Source of the DNA: Eledone cirrhosa
Taxonomy: Eukaryota
Reading direction: 5' to 3'
Assembly (NCBI GenBank): GCA_964016885.1
Contig: OZ024744.1
Coordinates: forward strand, 120,900,001-120,964,000
DNA length: 64,000 nucleotides
Part shown: piece after piece, positions 40,920-57,106 of the stretch
Position numbering within the stretch: the first letter of the stretch is position 1
Layout: every line of letters starts with the position of its first letter
Notes under the pieces: model-generated
Seen by the model: the letters and a program-made list of their open reading frames with translations, nothing else
Databases searched by the model: none
Told to the model about the DNA's origin: nothing
Position numbers and translations under genes: made by a program

Positions 40920-43900
40920 TCAGAGATTCTTTCATGAGACATTCTAACCACATGTCATAGTATCAGAGCTGTGATCTCTCAATTTAGATATTCTTTCCTG
41001 AGATATTCTAACCACATGTCATAGTATTAGAGCTGTGATCTCTCAATTCAGAGATTCTTTCCTGAGACATTCTAACCACGTGTCATAGTATCAGAGCTGT
41101 GATCTCTCAATTCAGAGATTCTTTCCTGAGACATTCTAACCACATATCATAGTATCAGAATTGTGATCTCTCAATTCAGAAATTCTTTCCTGAGACATTC
41201 TAACCACATGTCATAGTATCAGAGCTGTGAACTCTCAATTCAGAGATTTTTTCCTGGGATATTCTAACCACATGTCATAGTATCAGAGCTGTGATCTCTC
41301 AATTCAGGATATTCTTTCCTGAGACATTCTAACCACATGTCATAGTATCAGAACTGTGATCTCTCAATTCAGAAATTCTTTCCTGAGACATTCAAACCAC
41401 ATGTCATAGTATCAGAGCTGTGAACTCTCAATTCAGAGATTCTTTCCTGATAAATTCTAACCACATGTCATAGTATCAGAGCTGTGATCTCTCAATTCAG
41501 AGATACTTTCCTGAGACATTCTAACCACGTCATAGTATCAGAGCTGTAATATCTCAATTCAGAGATTCTTTCATGAGACATTCTAACCACATGTCATAGT
41601 ATCAGAGCTGTGATCTCTCAATTTAGATATTCTTTCCTGAGATATTCTAACCACATGTCATAGTATTAGAGCTGTGATCTCTCAGTTCAGAGATTCTTTC
41701 CTGAGACATTCTAACCACGTGTCATAGTATCAGAGCTGTGATCTCTCAATTCAGAGATTCTTTCCTGAGACATTCTAACCACATGTCATAGTATCAGAAT
41801 TGTGATCTCTCAATTCAGAAATTCTTTCCTGAGACATTCTAACCACATGTCATAGTATTAGAGCTGTGATCTCTCAATTCAGAGATTCTTTCCTGAGATA
41901 TTCTAACCACGTCATAGTATCAGAGCTGTGATATCTCAATTCAGAGATTCTTTCCTGAGAACTTCTAACCACATGTCTGTAGTATCAGAGCTGTGATCTC
42001 TCAATGCAGAGATTCTTTCCTGAGATATTCTAACCACATGTCATAGTATCAGAGCTGTGATCTCTCAATTCAGAGATTCTTTCCTGAGACATTTTAACCA
42101 CATGTCATAGTATCAGAGCTGTGAACTCTCAATTCAGAGATTCTTTCCTGAGATATTCTAACCACATGTCATAGTATTAGAGCTGTGATCTCTCAATTCA
42201 GAGATTCTTTCCTGAGACATTCTAACCAGGTGTCATAGTATCAGAGCTGTGATCTCTCAATTCAGAGATTCTTTCCTGAGACATTCTAACCACATGTCAT
42301 AGTATCAGAATTGTGATATCTCAATTCAGAAATTCTTTCCTGAGACATTCTAACCACACGTCACAGTATCAGAGCTGTGAACTCTCAATTCAGAGATTCT
42401 TTCCTGATACATTCTAACCACATGTCATAGTATTAGAGCTGTGGTCTCTCAATTCAGAGATTCTTTCCTGAGACATTCTAACCACGTCATAGTATCAGAG
42501 CTGTGATATCTCAATTCAGAGATTCTTTCATGAGACATTCTAACCACATGTCATAGTATCAGAGCTGTGATCTCTCAATTCAGAGATTCTTTCCTGAGAA
42601 CTTCTAACCACATGTCTGTAGTATCAGAGCTGTGATCTCTCAATTCAGAGATTCTTTCCTGAGATATTCTAACCACATGTCATAGTATCAGAGCTGTGAT
42701 CTCTCAATTCAGAGATTCTTTCTTGAGACATTCTAACCACATGTCATAGTATCAGAGCAGTGAACTCTCAATTCAGAGATTCTTTCCTGATACATTCTAA
42801 CCACATGTCATAGTATTAGAGCTGTGATCTCTCAATTCAGAGATTCTTTCATGAGACATTCTAACCACATGTCATATTATCAGAGCTGTGATCTCTCAAT
42901 TTAGATATTCTTTCCTGAGATATTCTAACCACATGTCATAGTATTAGAGCTGTGATCTCTCAATTCAGAGATTCTTTCCTGAGACATTCTAACCACGTGT
43001 CATAGTATCAGAGCTGTGATCTCTCAATTCAGAGATTCTTTCCTGAGACATTCTAACCACATATCATAGTATCAGAATTGTGATCTCTCAATTCAGAAAT
43101 TCTTTCCTGAGACATTCTAACCACATGTCATAGTATCAGAGCTGTGAACTCTCAATTCAGAGATTTTTTCCTGGGATATTCTAACCACATGTCATAGTAT
43201 CAGAGCTGTGATCTCTCAATTCAGATATTCTTTCCTGAGACATTCTAACCACATGTCATAGTATCAGAACTGTGATCTCTCAATTCAGAAATTCTTTCCT
43301 GAGACATTCAAACCACATGTCATAGTATCAGAGCTGTGAACTCTCAATTCAGAGATTCTTTCCTGATAAATTCTAACCACATGTCATAGTATCAGAGCTG
43401 TGATCTCTCAATTCAGAGATACTTTCCTGAGACATTCTAACCACGTCATAGTATCAGAGCTGTAATATCTCAATTCAGAGATTCTTTCATGAGACATTCT
43501 AACCACATGTCATAGTATCAGAGCTGTGATCTCTCAATTTAGATATTCTTTCCTGAGATATTCTAACCACATGTCATAGTATTAGAGCTGTGATCTCTCA
43601 GTTCAGAGATTCTCTCCTGAGACATTCTAACCACGTGTCATAGTATCAGAGCTGTGATCTCTCAATTCAGAGATTCTTTCCTGAGACATTCTAACCACAT
43701 GTCATAGTATCAGAATTGTGATCTCTCAATTCAGAAATTCTTTCCTGAGACATTCTAACCACATGTCATAGTATTAGAGCTGTGATCTCTCAATTCAGAG
43801 ATTCTTTCCTGAGATATTCTAACCACGTCATAGTATCAGAGCTGTGATATCTCAATTCAGAGATTCTTTCCTGAGAACTTCTAACCACATGTCTGTAGTA

Positions 43901-45080
43901 TCAGAGCTGTGATCTCTCAATGCAGAGATTCTTTCCTGAGATATTCTAACCACATGTCATAGTATCAGAGCTGTGATCTCTCAATTCAGAGATTCTTTCC
44001 TGAGACATTTTAACCACATGTCATAGTATCAGAGCTGTGAACTCTCAATTCAGAGATTCTTTCCTGAGATATTCTAACCACATGTCATAGTATTAGAGCT
44101 GTGATCTCTCAATTCAGAGATTCTTTCCTGAGACATTCTAACCAGGTGTCATAGTATCAGAGCTGTGATCTCTCAATTCAGAGATTCTTTCCTGAGACAT
44201 TCTAACCACATGTCATAGTATCAGAATTGTGATATCTCAATTCAGAAATTCTTTCCTGAGACATTCTAACCACACGTCACAGTATCAGAGCTGTGAACTC
44301 TCAATTCAGAGATTCTTTCCTGATACATTCTAACCACATGTCATAGTATTAGAGCTGTGGTCTCTCAATTCAGAGATTCTTTCCTGAGACATTCTAACCA
44401 CGTCATAGTATCAGAGCTGTGATATCTCAATTCAGAGATTCTTTCATGAGACATTCTAACCACATATCATAGTATCAGAGCTGTGATCTCTCAATTCAGA
44501 GATTCTTTCCTGAGAACTTCTAACCACATGTCTGTAGTATCAGAGCTGTGATCTCTCAATTCAGAGATTCTTTCCTGAGATATTCTAACCACATGTCATA
44601 GTATCAGAGCTGTGATCTCTCAATTCAGAGATTCTTTCCTGAGACATTCTAACCACATGTCATAGTATCAGAGCAGTGAACTCTCAATTCAGAGATTCTT
44701 TCCTGATACATTCTAACCACATGTCATAGTATTAGAGCTGTGATCTCTCAATTCAGAGATTCTTTCATGAGACATTCTAACCACATGTCATATTATCAGA
44801 GCTGTGATCTCTCAATTTAGATATTCTTTCCTGAGATATTCTAACCACATGTCATAGTATTAGAGCTGTGATCTCTCAATTCAGAGATTCTTTCCTGAGA
44901 CATTCTAACCACGTGTCATAGTATCATAGCTGTGATCTCTCAATTCAGAGATTCTTTCCTGAGACATTCTAACCACATGTCATAGTATCAGAATTGTGAT
45001 CTCTCAATTCAGAAATTCTTTCCTGAGACATTCTAACCACATGTCATAGTATCAGAGCTGTGAACTCTCAATTCAGAGAT
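40920..45080. repeat. Tandem duplication of a 30-monomer unit, period 1916-1917 bp
   Basis: CACATATCAT at 41141/43058 (1917); CTCAGTTCAG at 41681/43597 and TCAATGCAG at 42001/43917 (1916). Confidence 0.88.
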
Positions 45081-48000
45081 TCTTTCCTGATACATTCTAA
45101 CCACATGTCTGAAGTATCAGAGCTGTGATCTCTCAATTCAGAGATTCTTTCCTGAGATATTCTAACCACATGTCATAGTATCAGAGCTGTGATCTCTCAA
45201 TTCAGAGATTCTTTCCTGAGACATTCTAACCACATGTCATAGTATCAGAGCTGTGAACTCTCAATTCAGAGATTCTTTCCTGAGATATTCTAACCACATG
45301 TCATAGTATTAGAGCTGTGATCTCTCAATTCAGAGATTCTTTCCTGAGACATTCTAACCACGTGTCATAGTATCAGAGCTGTGATCTCTCAATTCAGAGA
45401 TTCTTTCCTGAGACATTCTAACCACATGTCATAGTATCAGAATTGTGATCTCTCAATTCAGAAATTCTTTCCTGAGAACTTCTAACCACATGTCATAGTA
45501 TCAGAGCTGTGAACTCTCAATTCAGAGATTCTTTCCTGATACGTTCTAACCACATGTCATAGTATTAGAGCTGTGATCTCTCAATTCAGAGATTCTTTCC
45601 TGAGACATTCTAACCACGTCATAGTATCAGAGCTGTGATATCTCAATTCAGAGATTCTTTCATGAGACATTCTAACCACATGTCATAGTATCAGAGCTGT
45701 GATGTCTCAATTCAGAGATTCTTTCCTGAGACATTCTAACCACATGTCATAGTATCAGAGCTGTGAACTCTCAATTCAGAGATTCTTTCCTAGGATATTC
45801 TAACCACATGTCATAGTATCAGAGCTGTGATCTCTCAATTCAGATATTCTTTCCTGAGACATTCTAACCACATGTCATAGTATCAGAACTGTGATCTCTC
45901 AATTCAGAAATTCTTTCCTGAGACATTCAAACCACATGTCATAGTATCAGAGCTGTGAACTCTCAATTCAGAGATTCTTTCCTGATACATTCTAACCACA
46001 TGTCATAGTATCAGAGCTGTGATCTCTCAATTCAGAGATTCTTTCCTGAGACATTCTAACCACGTCATAGTATCAGAGCTGTAATATCTCAATTCAGAGA
46101 TTCTTTCATGAGACATTCTAACCACATGTCATAGTATCAGAGCTGTGATCTCTCAATTTAGATATTCTTTCCTGAGATATTGTAACCACATGTCATAGTA
46201 TTAGAGCTGTGATCTCTCAATTCAGAGATTCTTTCCTGAGACATTCTAACCACATGTCATAGTATCAGAGCTGTGATCTCTCAATTCAGAGATTCTTTCC
46301 TGAGACATTCTAACCACATGTCATAGTATCAGAATTGTGATCTCTCAATTCAGAAATTCTTTCCTGAGACATTCTAACCACATGTCATAGTATCAGAGCT
46401 GTGAACTCTCAATTCAGAGATTCTTTCCTGATACATTCTAACCACATGTCATAGTATTAGAGCTGTGATCTCTCAATTCAGAGATTCTTTCCTGAGACAT
46501 TCTAACCACGTCATAGTATCAGAGCTGTGATATCTCAATTCAGAGATTCTTTCATGAGACATTCTAACCATATGTCATAGTATCAGAGCTGTGATCTCTC
46601 AATTCAGAAATTCTTTCCTGAGACATTCTAACCACATGTCATAGTATCAGAGCTGTGAACTCTCAATTCAGAGATTCTTTCCTGATCCATTCTAACCACA
46701 TGTCATAGTATTAGAGCTGTGATCTCTCAATTCAGAGATTCTTTCCTGAGACATTCTAACCACGTCATAGTATCAGAGCTGTGATATCTCAATTCAGAGA
46801 TTCTTTCATGAGACCTTCTAACCACATGTCATAGTATCAGAGCTGTGATCTCTCAATTCAGAGATTCTTTCCTGAGACATTCTAACCACATGTCATAGTA
46901 TTAGATCTGTGTTCTCTCAATTCAGAGATTCTTTCCTGGGATATTCTAACCACATGTCATAGTATCAGAGCTGTGATCTCTCAATTCAGAGATTCTGTCC
47001 TGAGACATTCTAACCACATCTCATAGTCTTAGAGCTGTGATATCTCAATTCAGAGATTCTTTCCTGAGACATTCTAACCGCATGTCATAGAATCAGAGCT
47101 GTGATCTCTCAATTCACAGATTCTTTCCTGAGACGTTCTAATCACATGTCATAGTATTAGAGCTGTGATCTCTCAATTCAGAGATTCTTTCCTGAGAAAT
47201 TCTAACCTCATGTCTGTAGTATCAGAGCTGTGATCTCTCAATTCAGAGAATCTTTCCTGAGACATTCTATCTCCATGTCCACAGTATCAGAGCTGTGATC
47301 TCTCAATTCAGAGATTCTTTCCTGAGACATTCTAACCACATGTCATAGTATCAGAACTGTGATCTCTCAATTCAGAAATTCTTTCCTGAGACATTCAAAC
47401 CACATGTCATAGTATCAGAGCTGTGAACTCTCAATTCAGAGATTCTTTCCTGATACATTCTAACCACATGTCATAGTATCAGAGCTGTGATCTCTCAATT
47501 CAGAGATACTTTCCTGAGACATTCTAACCACGTCATAGTATCAGAGCTGTAATATCTCAATTCAGAGATTCTTTCATGAGACATTCTAACCACATGTCAT
47601 AGTATCAGAGCTGTGATCTCTCAATTTAGATATTCTTTCCTGAGATATTCTAACCACATGTCATAGTATTAGAGCTGTGATCTCTCAATTCAGAGATTCT
47701 TTCCTGAGACATTCTAACCACGTGTCATAGTATCAGAGCTGTAATCTCTCAATTCAGAGATTCTTTCCTGAGACATTCTAACCACATGTCATAGTATCAG
47801 AATTGTGATCTCTCAATTCAGAAATTCTTTCCTGAGACATTCTAACCACATGTCATATTATCAGAGCTGTGAACTCTCAATTCAGAGATTTTTTCCTGGG
47901 ATATTCTAACCACATGTCATAGTATCAGAGCTGTGATCTCTCAATTCAGATATTCTTTCCTGAGACATTCTAACCACATGTCATAGTATCAGAACTGTGA

Positions 48001-50140
48001 TCTCTCAATTCAGAAATTCTTTCCTGAGACATTCAAACCACATGTCATAGTATCAGAGCTGTGAACTCTCAATTCAGAGATTCTTTCCTGATAAATTCTA
48101 ACCACATGTCATAGTATCAGAGCTGTGATCTCTCAATTCAGAGATACTTTCCTGAGACATTCTAACCACGTCATAGTATCAGAGCTGTAATATCTCAATT
48201 CAGAGATTCTTTCATGAGACATTCTAACCACATGTCATAGTATCAGAGCTGTGATCTCTCAATTTAGATATTCTTTCCTGAGATATTCTAACCACATATC
48301 ATAGTATTAGAGCTGTGATCTCTCAATTCAGAGATTCTTTCCTGAGACATTCTAACCACGTGTCATAGTATCAGAGCTGTGATCTCTCAATTCAGAGATT
48401 CTTTCCTGAGACATTCTAACCACATGTCATAGTATCAGAATTGTGATCTCTCAATTCAGAAATTCTTTCCTGAGACATTCTAACCACATGTCATAGTATC
48501 AGAGCTGTGAACTCTCAATTCAGAGATTCTTTCCTGATACATTCTAACCACATGTCATAGTATTAGAGCTGTGATCTCTCAATTCAGAGATTCTTTCCTG
48601 AGACATTCTAACCACGTCATAGTATCAGAGCTGTGATATCTCAATTCAGAGATTCTTTCATGAGACATTCTAACCACATGTCATAGTATCAGAGCTGTGA
48701 TCTCTCAATTCAGAGATTCTTTCCTGAGAACTTCTAACCACATGTCTGTAGTATCAGAGCTGTGTTCTCTCAATTCAGAGATTCTTTCCTGAGATATTCT
48801 AACCACATGTCATAGTATCAGAGCTGTGATCTCTCAATTCAGAGATTCTTTCCTGAGACATTCTAACCACATGTCATAGTATCAGAGCTGTGAACTCTCA
48901 ATTCAGAGATTCTTTCCTGAGATATTCTAACCACATGTCATAGTATTAGAGCTGTGATCTCTCAATTCAGAGATTCTTTCCTGAGACATTCTAACCACGT
49001 GTCATAGTATCAGAGCTGTGATCTCTCAATTCAGAGATTCTTTCCTGAGACATTCTAACCACATGTCATAGTATCAGAATTGTGATCTCTCAATTCAGAG
49101 ATTCTTTCCTGAGACATTCTAACCACATGTCATAGTATTAGATCTGTGATCTCTCAATTCAGAGATTCTTTCCTGGGATATTCTAACCACATGTCATACT
49201 ATCAGAGCTGTGATCTCTCAATTCAGAGATTCTTTCCTGAGACATTCTAACCACATCTCATAGTCTAAGAGCTGTGATATCTCAATTCAGAGATTCTTTC
49301 CTGAGACATTCTAACCGCATGTCATAGAATCAGAGCTGTGATCTCTCAATTCAGAGATTCTTTCCTGAGACGTTCTACTCACATGTCATAGTATTAGAGC
49401 TGTGATCTCTCAATTCAGAGATTCTTTCCTGAGAAATTCTAACCTCATGTCTGTAGTATCAGAGCTGTGATCTCTCAATTCAGAGAATCTTTCCTGAGAC
49501 ATTCTAACTCCATGTCCACAGTATCAGAGCTGTGATCTCTCAATTCAGAGATTCTTTCCTGAGACATTCTAACCACATGTCATAGTATCAGTGCTGTGAT
49601 CTCTCAATATAGAGATTCTTTCCTGAGATATTCTAAAAACATGTCATAGTATCAGAGCTGTGATCTCTCAATTCAGAGATTTTTTCCTGGGATATTCTAA
49701 CCACATGTCATAGTATCAGAGCTGTGATCTCTCAATTCAGATATTCTTTCCTGAGACATTCTAACCACATGTCATAGAATCAGAGTTGTGATCTCTCAAT
49801 TCAGAGATTCCTTCCTGAGATATTCTAACCACATGTCATAGTATCAGAGCTGTGATCTCTCAATTCAGAGATTCTTTCCTGAGACATTCTAACCACATGT
49901 CATAGTATTAGAGCTGTGATCTCTCAATTAAGAGATTCTTTCCTGAGACATTCTTACCACATGTCATAGTATCAGAGCTGTGATCTCTCAATTCAGAGAT
50001 TCTTTCCTGAGACATTCTAACCACGTCATAGTATCAGAGCTGTGATATCTCAATTCAGAGATTCTTTCATGAGACATTCTAACCACATGTCATAGTATCA
50101 GAGCTGTGATCTCTCAATTTAGATAATCTTTCCTGAGATA

Positions 50141-53100
50141 TTCTAACCACATGTCATAGTATTAGAGCTGTGATCTCTCAATTCAGAGATTCTTTCCTGA
50201 GACATTCTAACCACATGTCATAGTATCAGAACTGTGATCTCTCAATTCAGAAATTCTTTCCTGAGACATTCTAACCACATGTCATAGTATCAGAGCTGTG
50301 AACTCTCAATTCAGAGATTCTTTCCTAATACATTCTAACCACATGTCATAGTACTAGAGCTGTGATCTCTCAATTCAGAGATTCTTTCCTGAGACATTCT
50401 AACCACGTCATAGTATCAGAGCTGTGATATCTCAATTCAGAGATTCTTTCATGAGACATTCTAACCACATGTCATAGTATCAGAGCTGTGATCTCTCAAT
50501 TCAGAGATTCTTCCCTGAGACATTCTAACCACATGTCATAGTATTAGATCTGTGATCTCTCAATTCAGAGATTCTTTCCTGGGATATTCTAATCACATGT
50601 CATTGTATCAGAGCTGTGATCTCTCAATTCAGAGATTCTTTCCTGAGACATTCTAACCACATCTCATAGTCTAAGAGCTGTGATATCTCAATTCAGAGAT
50701 TCTTTCCTGAGACATTCTAACCACATGTCATAGTATCAGAGCTGTGAACTCTCAATTCAGAGATTCTTTCCTGAGATATTCTAACCACATGTCATAGTAT
50801 TAGAGCTGTGATCTCTCAATTCAGAGATTCTTTCCTGAGACATTCTAACCACGTGTCATAGTATCAGAGCTGTGATCTCTCAATTCAGAGATTCTTTCCT
50901 GAGACATTCTAACCACATGTCATAGTATCAGAATTGTGATCTCTCAATTCAGAAATTCTTTCCTGAGAACTTCTAACCACATGTCATAGTATCAGAGCTG
51001 TGAACTCTCAATTCAGAGATTCTTTCCTGATACGTTCTAACCACATGTCATAGTATTAGAGCTGTGATCTCTCAATTCAGAGATTCTTTCCTGAGACATT
51101 CTAACCACGTCATAGTATCAGAGCTGTGATATCTCAATTCAGAGATTCTTTCATGAGACATTCTAACCACATGTCATAGTATCAGAGCTGTGATGTCTCA
51201 ATTCAGAGATTCTTTCCTGAGATATTGTAACCACATGTCATAGTATTAGAGCTGTGATCTCTCAATTCAGAGATTCTTTCCTGAGACATTCTAACCACAT
51301 GTCATAGTATTAGAGCTGTGATCTCTCAATTCAGAGATTCTTTCCTGAGACATTCTAACCACATGTCATAGTATCAGAATTGTGATCTCTCAATTCAGAA
51401 ATTCTTTCCTGAGACATTCTAACCACATGTCATAGTATCAGAGCTGTGAACTCTCAATTCAGAGATTCTTTCCTGATACATTCTAACCACATGTCATAGT
51501 ATTAGAGCTGTGATCTCTCAATTCAGAGATTCTTTCCTGAGACATTCTAACCACGTCATAGTATCAGAGCTGTGATATCTCAATTCAGAGATTCTTTCAT
51601 GAGACATTCTAACCATATGTCATAGTATCAGAGCTGTGATCTCTCAATTCAGAGATTCTTTCCTGAGACATTCTAACCACATGTCATAGTATCAGAGCTG
51701 TGAACTCTCAATTCAGAGATTCTTTCCTGATCCATTCTAACCACATGTCATAGTATTAGAGCTGTGATCTCTCAATTCAGAGATTCTTTCCTGAGACATT
51801 CTAACCACGTCATAGTATCAGAGCTGTGATATCTCAATTCAGAGATTCTTTCATGAGACCTTCTAACCACATGTCATAGTATCAGAGCTGTGATCTCTCA
51901 ATTCAGAGATTCTTTCCTGAGACATTCTAACCACATGTCATAGTATTAGATCTGTGTTCTCTCAATTCAGAGATTCTTTCCTGGGATATTCTAACCACAT
52001 GTCATAGTATCAGAGCTGTGATCTCTCAATTCAGAGATTCTGTCCTGAGACATTCTAACCACATCTCATAGTCTTAGAGCTGTGATATCTCAATTCAGAG
52101 ATTCTTTCCTGAGACATTCTAACCGCATGTCATAGAATCAGAGCTGTGATCTCTCAATTCACAGATTCTTTCCTGAGACGTTCTAATCACATGTCATAGT
52201 ATTAGAGCTGTGATCTCTCAATTCAGAGATTCTTTCCTGAGAAATTCTAACCTCATGTCTGTAGTATCAGAGCTGTGATCTCTCAATTCAGAGAATCTTT
52301 CCTGAGACATTCTAACTCCATGTCCACAGTATCAGAGCTGTGATCTCTCAATTCAGAGATTCTTTCCTGAGACATTCTAACCACATGTCATAGTATCAGA
52401 ACTGTGATCTCTCAATTCAGAAATTCTTTCCTGAGACATTCAAACCACATGTCATAGTATCAGAGCTGTGAACTCTCAATTCAGAGATTCTTTCCTGATA
52501 CATTCTAACCACATGTCATAGTATCAGAGCTGTGATCTCTCAATTCAGAGATACTTTCCTGAGACATTCTAACCACGTCATAGTATCAGAGCTGTAATAT
52601 CTCAATTCAGAGATTCTTTCATGAGACATTCTAACCACATGTCATAGTATCAGAGCTGTGATCTCTCAATTTAGATATTCTTTCCTGAGATATTCTAACC
52701 ACATGTCATAGTATTAGAGCTGTGATCTCTCAATTCAGAGATTCTTTCCTGAGACATTCTAACCACGTGTCATAGTATCAGAGCTGTGATCTCTCAATTC
52801 AGAGATTCTTTCCTGAGACATTCTAACCACATGTCATAGTATCAGAATTGTGATCTCTCAATTCAGAAATTCTTTCCTGAGACATTCTAACCACATGTCA
52901 TATTATCAGAGCTGTGAACTCTCAATTCAGAGATTTTTTCCTGGGATATTCTAACCACATGTCATAGTATCAGAGCTGTGATCTCTCAATTCAGATATTC
53001 TTTCCTGAGACATTCTAACCACATGTCATAGTATCAGAACTGTGATCTCTCAATTCAGAAATTCTTTCCTGAGACATTCAAACCACATGTCATAGTATCA

Positions 53101-56100
53101 GAGCTGTGAACTCTCAATTCAGAGATTCTTTCCTGATAAATTCTAACCACATGTCATAGTATCAGAGCTGTGATCTCTCAATTCAGAGATACTTTCCTGA
53201 GACATTCTAACCACGTCATAGTATCAGAGCTGTAATATCTCAATTCAGAGATTCTTTCATGAGACATTCTAACCACGTGTCATAGTATCAGAGCTGTGAT
53301 CTCTCAATTTAGATATTCTTTCCTGAGATATTCTAACCACATGTCATAGTATTAGAGCTGTGATCTCTCAATTCAGAGATTCTTTCCTGAGACATTCTAA
53401 CCACGTGTCATAGTATCAGAGCTGTGATCTCTCAATTCAGAGATTCTTTCCTGAGACATTCTAACCACATGTCATAGTATCAGAATTGTGATCTCTCAAT
53501 TCAGAAATTCTTTCCTGAGACATTCTAACCACATGTCATAGTATCAGAGCTGTGAACTCTCAATTCAGAGATTCTTTCCTGATACATTCTAACCACATGT
53601 CATAGTATTAGAGCTGTGATCTCTCAATTCAGAGATTCTTTCCTGAGACATTCTAACCACATGTCATAGTATCAGAACTGTGATCTCTCAATTCAGAAAT
53701 TCTTTCCTGAGACATTCTAACCACATGTCATAGTATCAGAGCTGTGAACTCTCAATTCAGAGATTCTTTCCTAATACATTCTAACCACATGTCATAGTAC
53801 TAGAGCTGTGATCTCTCAATTCAGAGATTCTTTCCTGAGACATTCTAACCACGTCATAGTATCAGAGCTGTGATATCTCAATTCAGAGATTCTTTCATGA
53901 GACATTCTAACCACATGTCATAGTATCAGAGCTGTGATCTCTCAATTCAGAGATTCTTCCCTGAGACATTCTAACCACATGTCATAGTATTAGATCTGTG
54001 ATCTCTCAATTCAGAGATTCTTTCCTGGGATATTCTAATCACATGTCATTGTATCAGAGCTGTGATCTCTCAATTCAGAGATTCTTTCCTGAGACATTCT
54101 AACCACATCTCATAGTCTAAGAGCTGTGATATCTCAATTCAGAGATTCTTTCCTGAGACATTCTAACCACATGTCATAGTATCAGAGCTGTGAACTCTCA
54201 ATTCAGAGATTCTTTCCTGAGATATTCTAACCACATGTCATAGTATTAGAGCTGTGATCTCTCAATTCAGAGATTCTTTCCTGAGACATTCTAACCACGT
54301 GTCATAGTATCAGAGCTGTGATCTCTCAATTCAGAGATTCTTTCCTGAGACATTCTAACCACATGTCATAGTATCAGAATTGTGATCTCTCAATTCAGAA
54401 ATTCTTTCCTGAGAACTTCTAACCACATGTCATAGTATCAGAGCTGTGAACTCTCAATTCAGAGATTCTTTCCTGATACGTTCTAACCACATGTCATAGT
54501 ATTAGAGCTGTGATCTCTCAATTCAGAGATTCTTTCCTGAGACATTCTAACCACGTCATAGTATCAGAGCTGTGATATCTCAATTCAGAGATTCTTTCAT
54601 GAGACATTCTAACCACATGTCATAGTATCAGAGCTGTGATGTCTCAATTCAGAGATTCTTTCCTGAGATATTGTAACCACATGTCATAGTATTAGAGCTG
54701 TGATCTCTCAATTCAGAGATTCTTTCCTGAGACATTCTAACCACATGTCATAGTATTAGAGCTGTGATCTCTCAATTCAGAGATTCTTTCCTGAGACATT
54801 CTAACCACATGTCATAGTATCAGAATTGTGATCTCTCAATTCAGAAATTCTTTCCTGAGACATTCTAACCACATGTCATAGTATCAGAGCTGTGAACTCT
54901 CAATTCAGAGATTCTTTCCTGATACATTCTAACCACATGTCATAGTATTAGAGCTGTGATCTCTCAATTCAGAGATTCTTTCCTGAGACATTCTAACCAC
55001 GTCATAGTATCAGAGCTGTGATATCTCAATTCAGAGATTCTTTCATGAGACATTCTAACCATATGTCATAGTATCAGAGCTGTGATCTCTCAATTCAGAG
55101 ATTCTTTCCTGAGACATTCTAACCACATGTCATAGTATCAGAGCTGTGAACTCTCAATTCAGAGATTCTTTCCTGATCCATTCTAACCACATGTCATAGT
55201 ATTAGAGCTGTGATCTCTCAATTCAGAGATTCTTTCCTGAGACATTCTAACCACGTCATAGTATCAGAGCTGTGATATCTCAATTCAGAGATTCTTTCAT
55301 GAGACCTTCTAACCACATGTCATAGTATCAGAGCTGTGATCTCTCAATTCAGAGATTCTTTCCTGAGACATTCTAACCACATGTCATAGTATTAGATCTG
55401 TGTTCTCTCAATTCAGAGATTCTTTCCTGGGATATTCTAACCACATGTCATAGTATCAGAGCTGTGATCTCTCAATTCAGAGATTCTGACCTGAGACATT
55501 CTAACCACATCTCATAGTCTTAGAGCTGTGATATCTCAATTCAGAGATTCTTTCCTGAGACATTCTAACCGCATGTCATAGAATCAGAGCTGTGATCTCT
55601 CAATTCACAGATTCTTTCCTGAGACGTTCTAATCACATGTCATAGTATTAGAGCTGTGATCTCTCAATTCAGAGATTCTTTCCTGAGAAATTCTAACCTC
55701 ATGTCTGTAGTATCAGAGCTGTGATCTCTCAATTCAGAGAATCTTTCCTGAGACATTCTAACTCCATGTCCACAGTATCAGAGCTGTGATCTCTCAATTC
55801 AGAGATTCTTTCCTGAGACATTCTAACCACATGTCATAGTATCAGAACTGTGATCTCTCAATTCAGAAATTCTTTCCTGAGACATTCAAACCACATGTCA
55901 TAGTATCAGAGCTGTGAACTCTCAATTCAGAGATTCTTTCCTGATACATTCTAACCACATGTCATAGTATCAGAGCTGTGATCTCTCAATTCAGAGATAC
56001 TTTCCTGAGACATTCTAACCACGTCATAGTATCAGAGCTGTAATATCTCAATTCAGAGATTCTTTCATGAGACATTCTAACCACATGTCATAGTATCAGA

Positions 56101-57106
56101 GCTGTGATCTCTCAATTTAGATATTCTTTCCTGAGATATTCTAACCACATGTCATAGTATTAGAGCTGTGATCTCTCAATTCAGAGATTCTTTCCTGAGA
56201 CATTCTAACCACGTGTCATAGTATCAGAGCTGTGATCTCTCAATTCAGAGATTCTTTCCTGAGACATTCTAACCACATGTCATAGTATCAGAATTGTGAT
56301 CTCTCAATTCAGAAATTCTTTCCTGAGACATTCTAACCACATGTCATATTATCAGAGCTGTGAACTCTCAATTCAGAGATTTTTTCCTGGGATATTCTAA
56401 CCACATGTCATAGTATCAGAGCTGTGATCTCTCAATTCAGATATTCTTTCCTGAGACATTCTAACCACATGTCATAGTATCAGAACTGTGATCTCTCAAT
56501 TCAGAAATTCTTTCCTGAGACATTCAAACCACATGTCATAGTATCAGAGCTGTGAACTCTCAATTCAGAGATTCTTTCCTGATAAATTCTAACCACATGT
56601 CATAGTATCAGAGCTGTGATCTCTCAATTCAGAGATACTTTCCTGAGACATTCTAACCACGTCATAGTATCAGAGCTGTAATATCTCAATTCAGAGATTC
56701 TTTCATGAGACATTCTAACCACGTGTCATAGTATCAGAGCTGTGATCTCTCAATTTAGATATTCTTTCCTGAGATATTCTAACCACATGTCATAGTATTA
56801 GAGCTGTGATCTCTCAATTCAGAGATTCTTTCCTGAGACATTCTAACCACGTGTCATAGTATCAGAGCTGTGATCTCTCAATTCAGAGATTCTTTCCTGA
56901 GACATTCTAACCACATGTCATAGTATCAGAATTGTGATCTCTCAATTCAGAAATTCTTTCCTGAGACATTCTAACCACATGTCATAGTATCAGAGCTGTG
57001 AACTCTCAATTCAGAGATTCTTTCCTGATACATTCTAACCACATGTCATAGTATTAGAGCTGTGATCTCTCAATTCAGAGATTCTTTCCTGAGACATTCT
57101 AACCAC
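50141..57106. repeat. Tandem duplication of a 54-monomer unit, period 3446 bp
   Basis: CATTGTATC at 50601/54047; TGTCC/TGACC at 52041/55487; shared GATCCATT and GTGTTCTC markers. A partial third copy lies at ~46.2-48.6 kb (TGTCC at 46996). Confidence 0.9.

Noticed and set aside
41301-41315. Unique 1-bp insertion AATTCAGGATATTC
   Set aside because: It is a singleton absent from the sister copy at ~43220 and cannot be told apart from a consensus or sequencing error.
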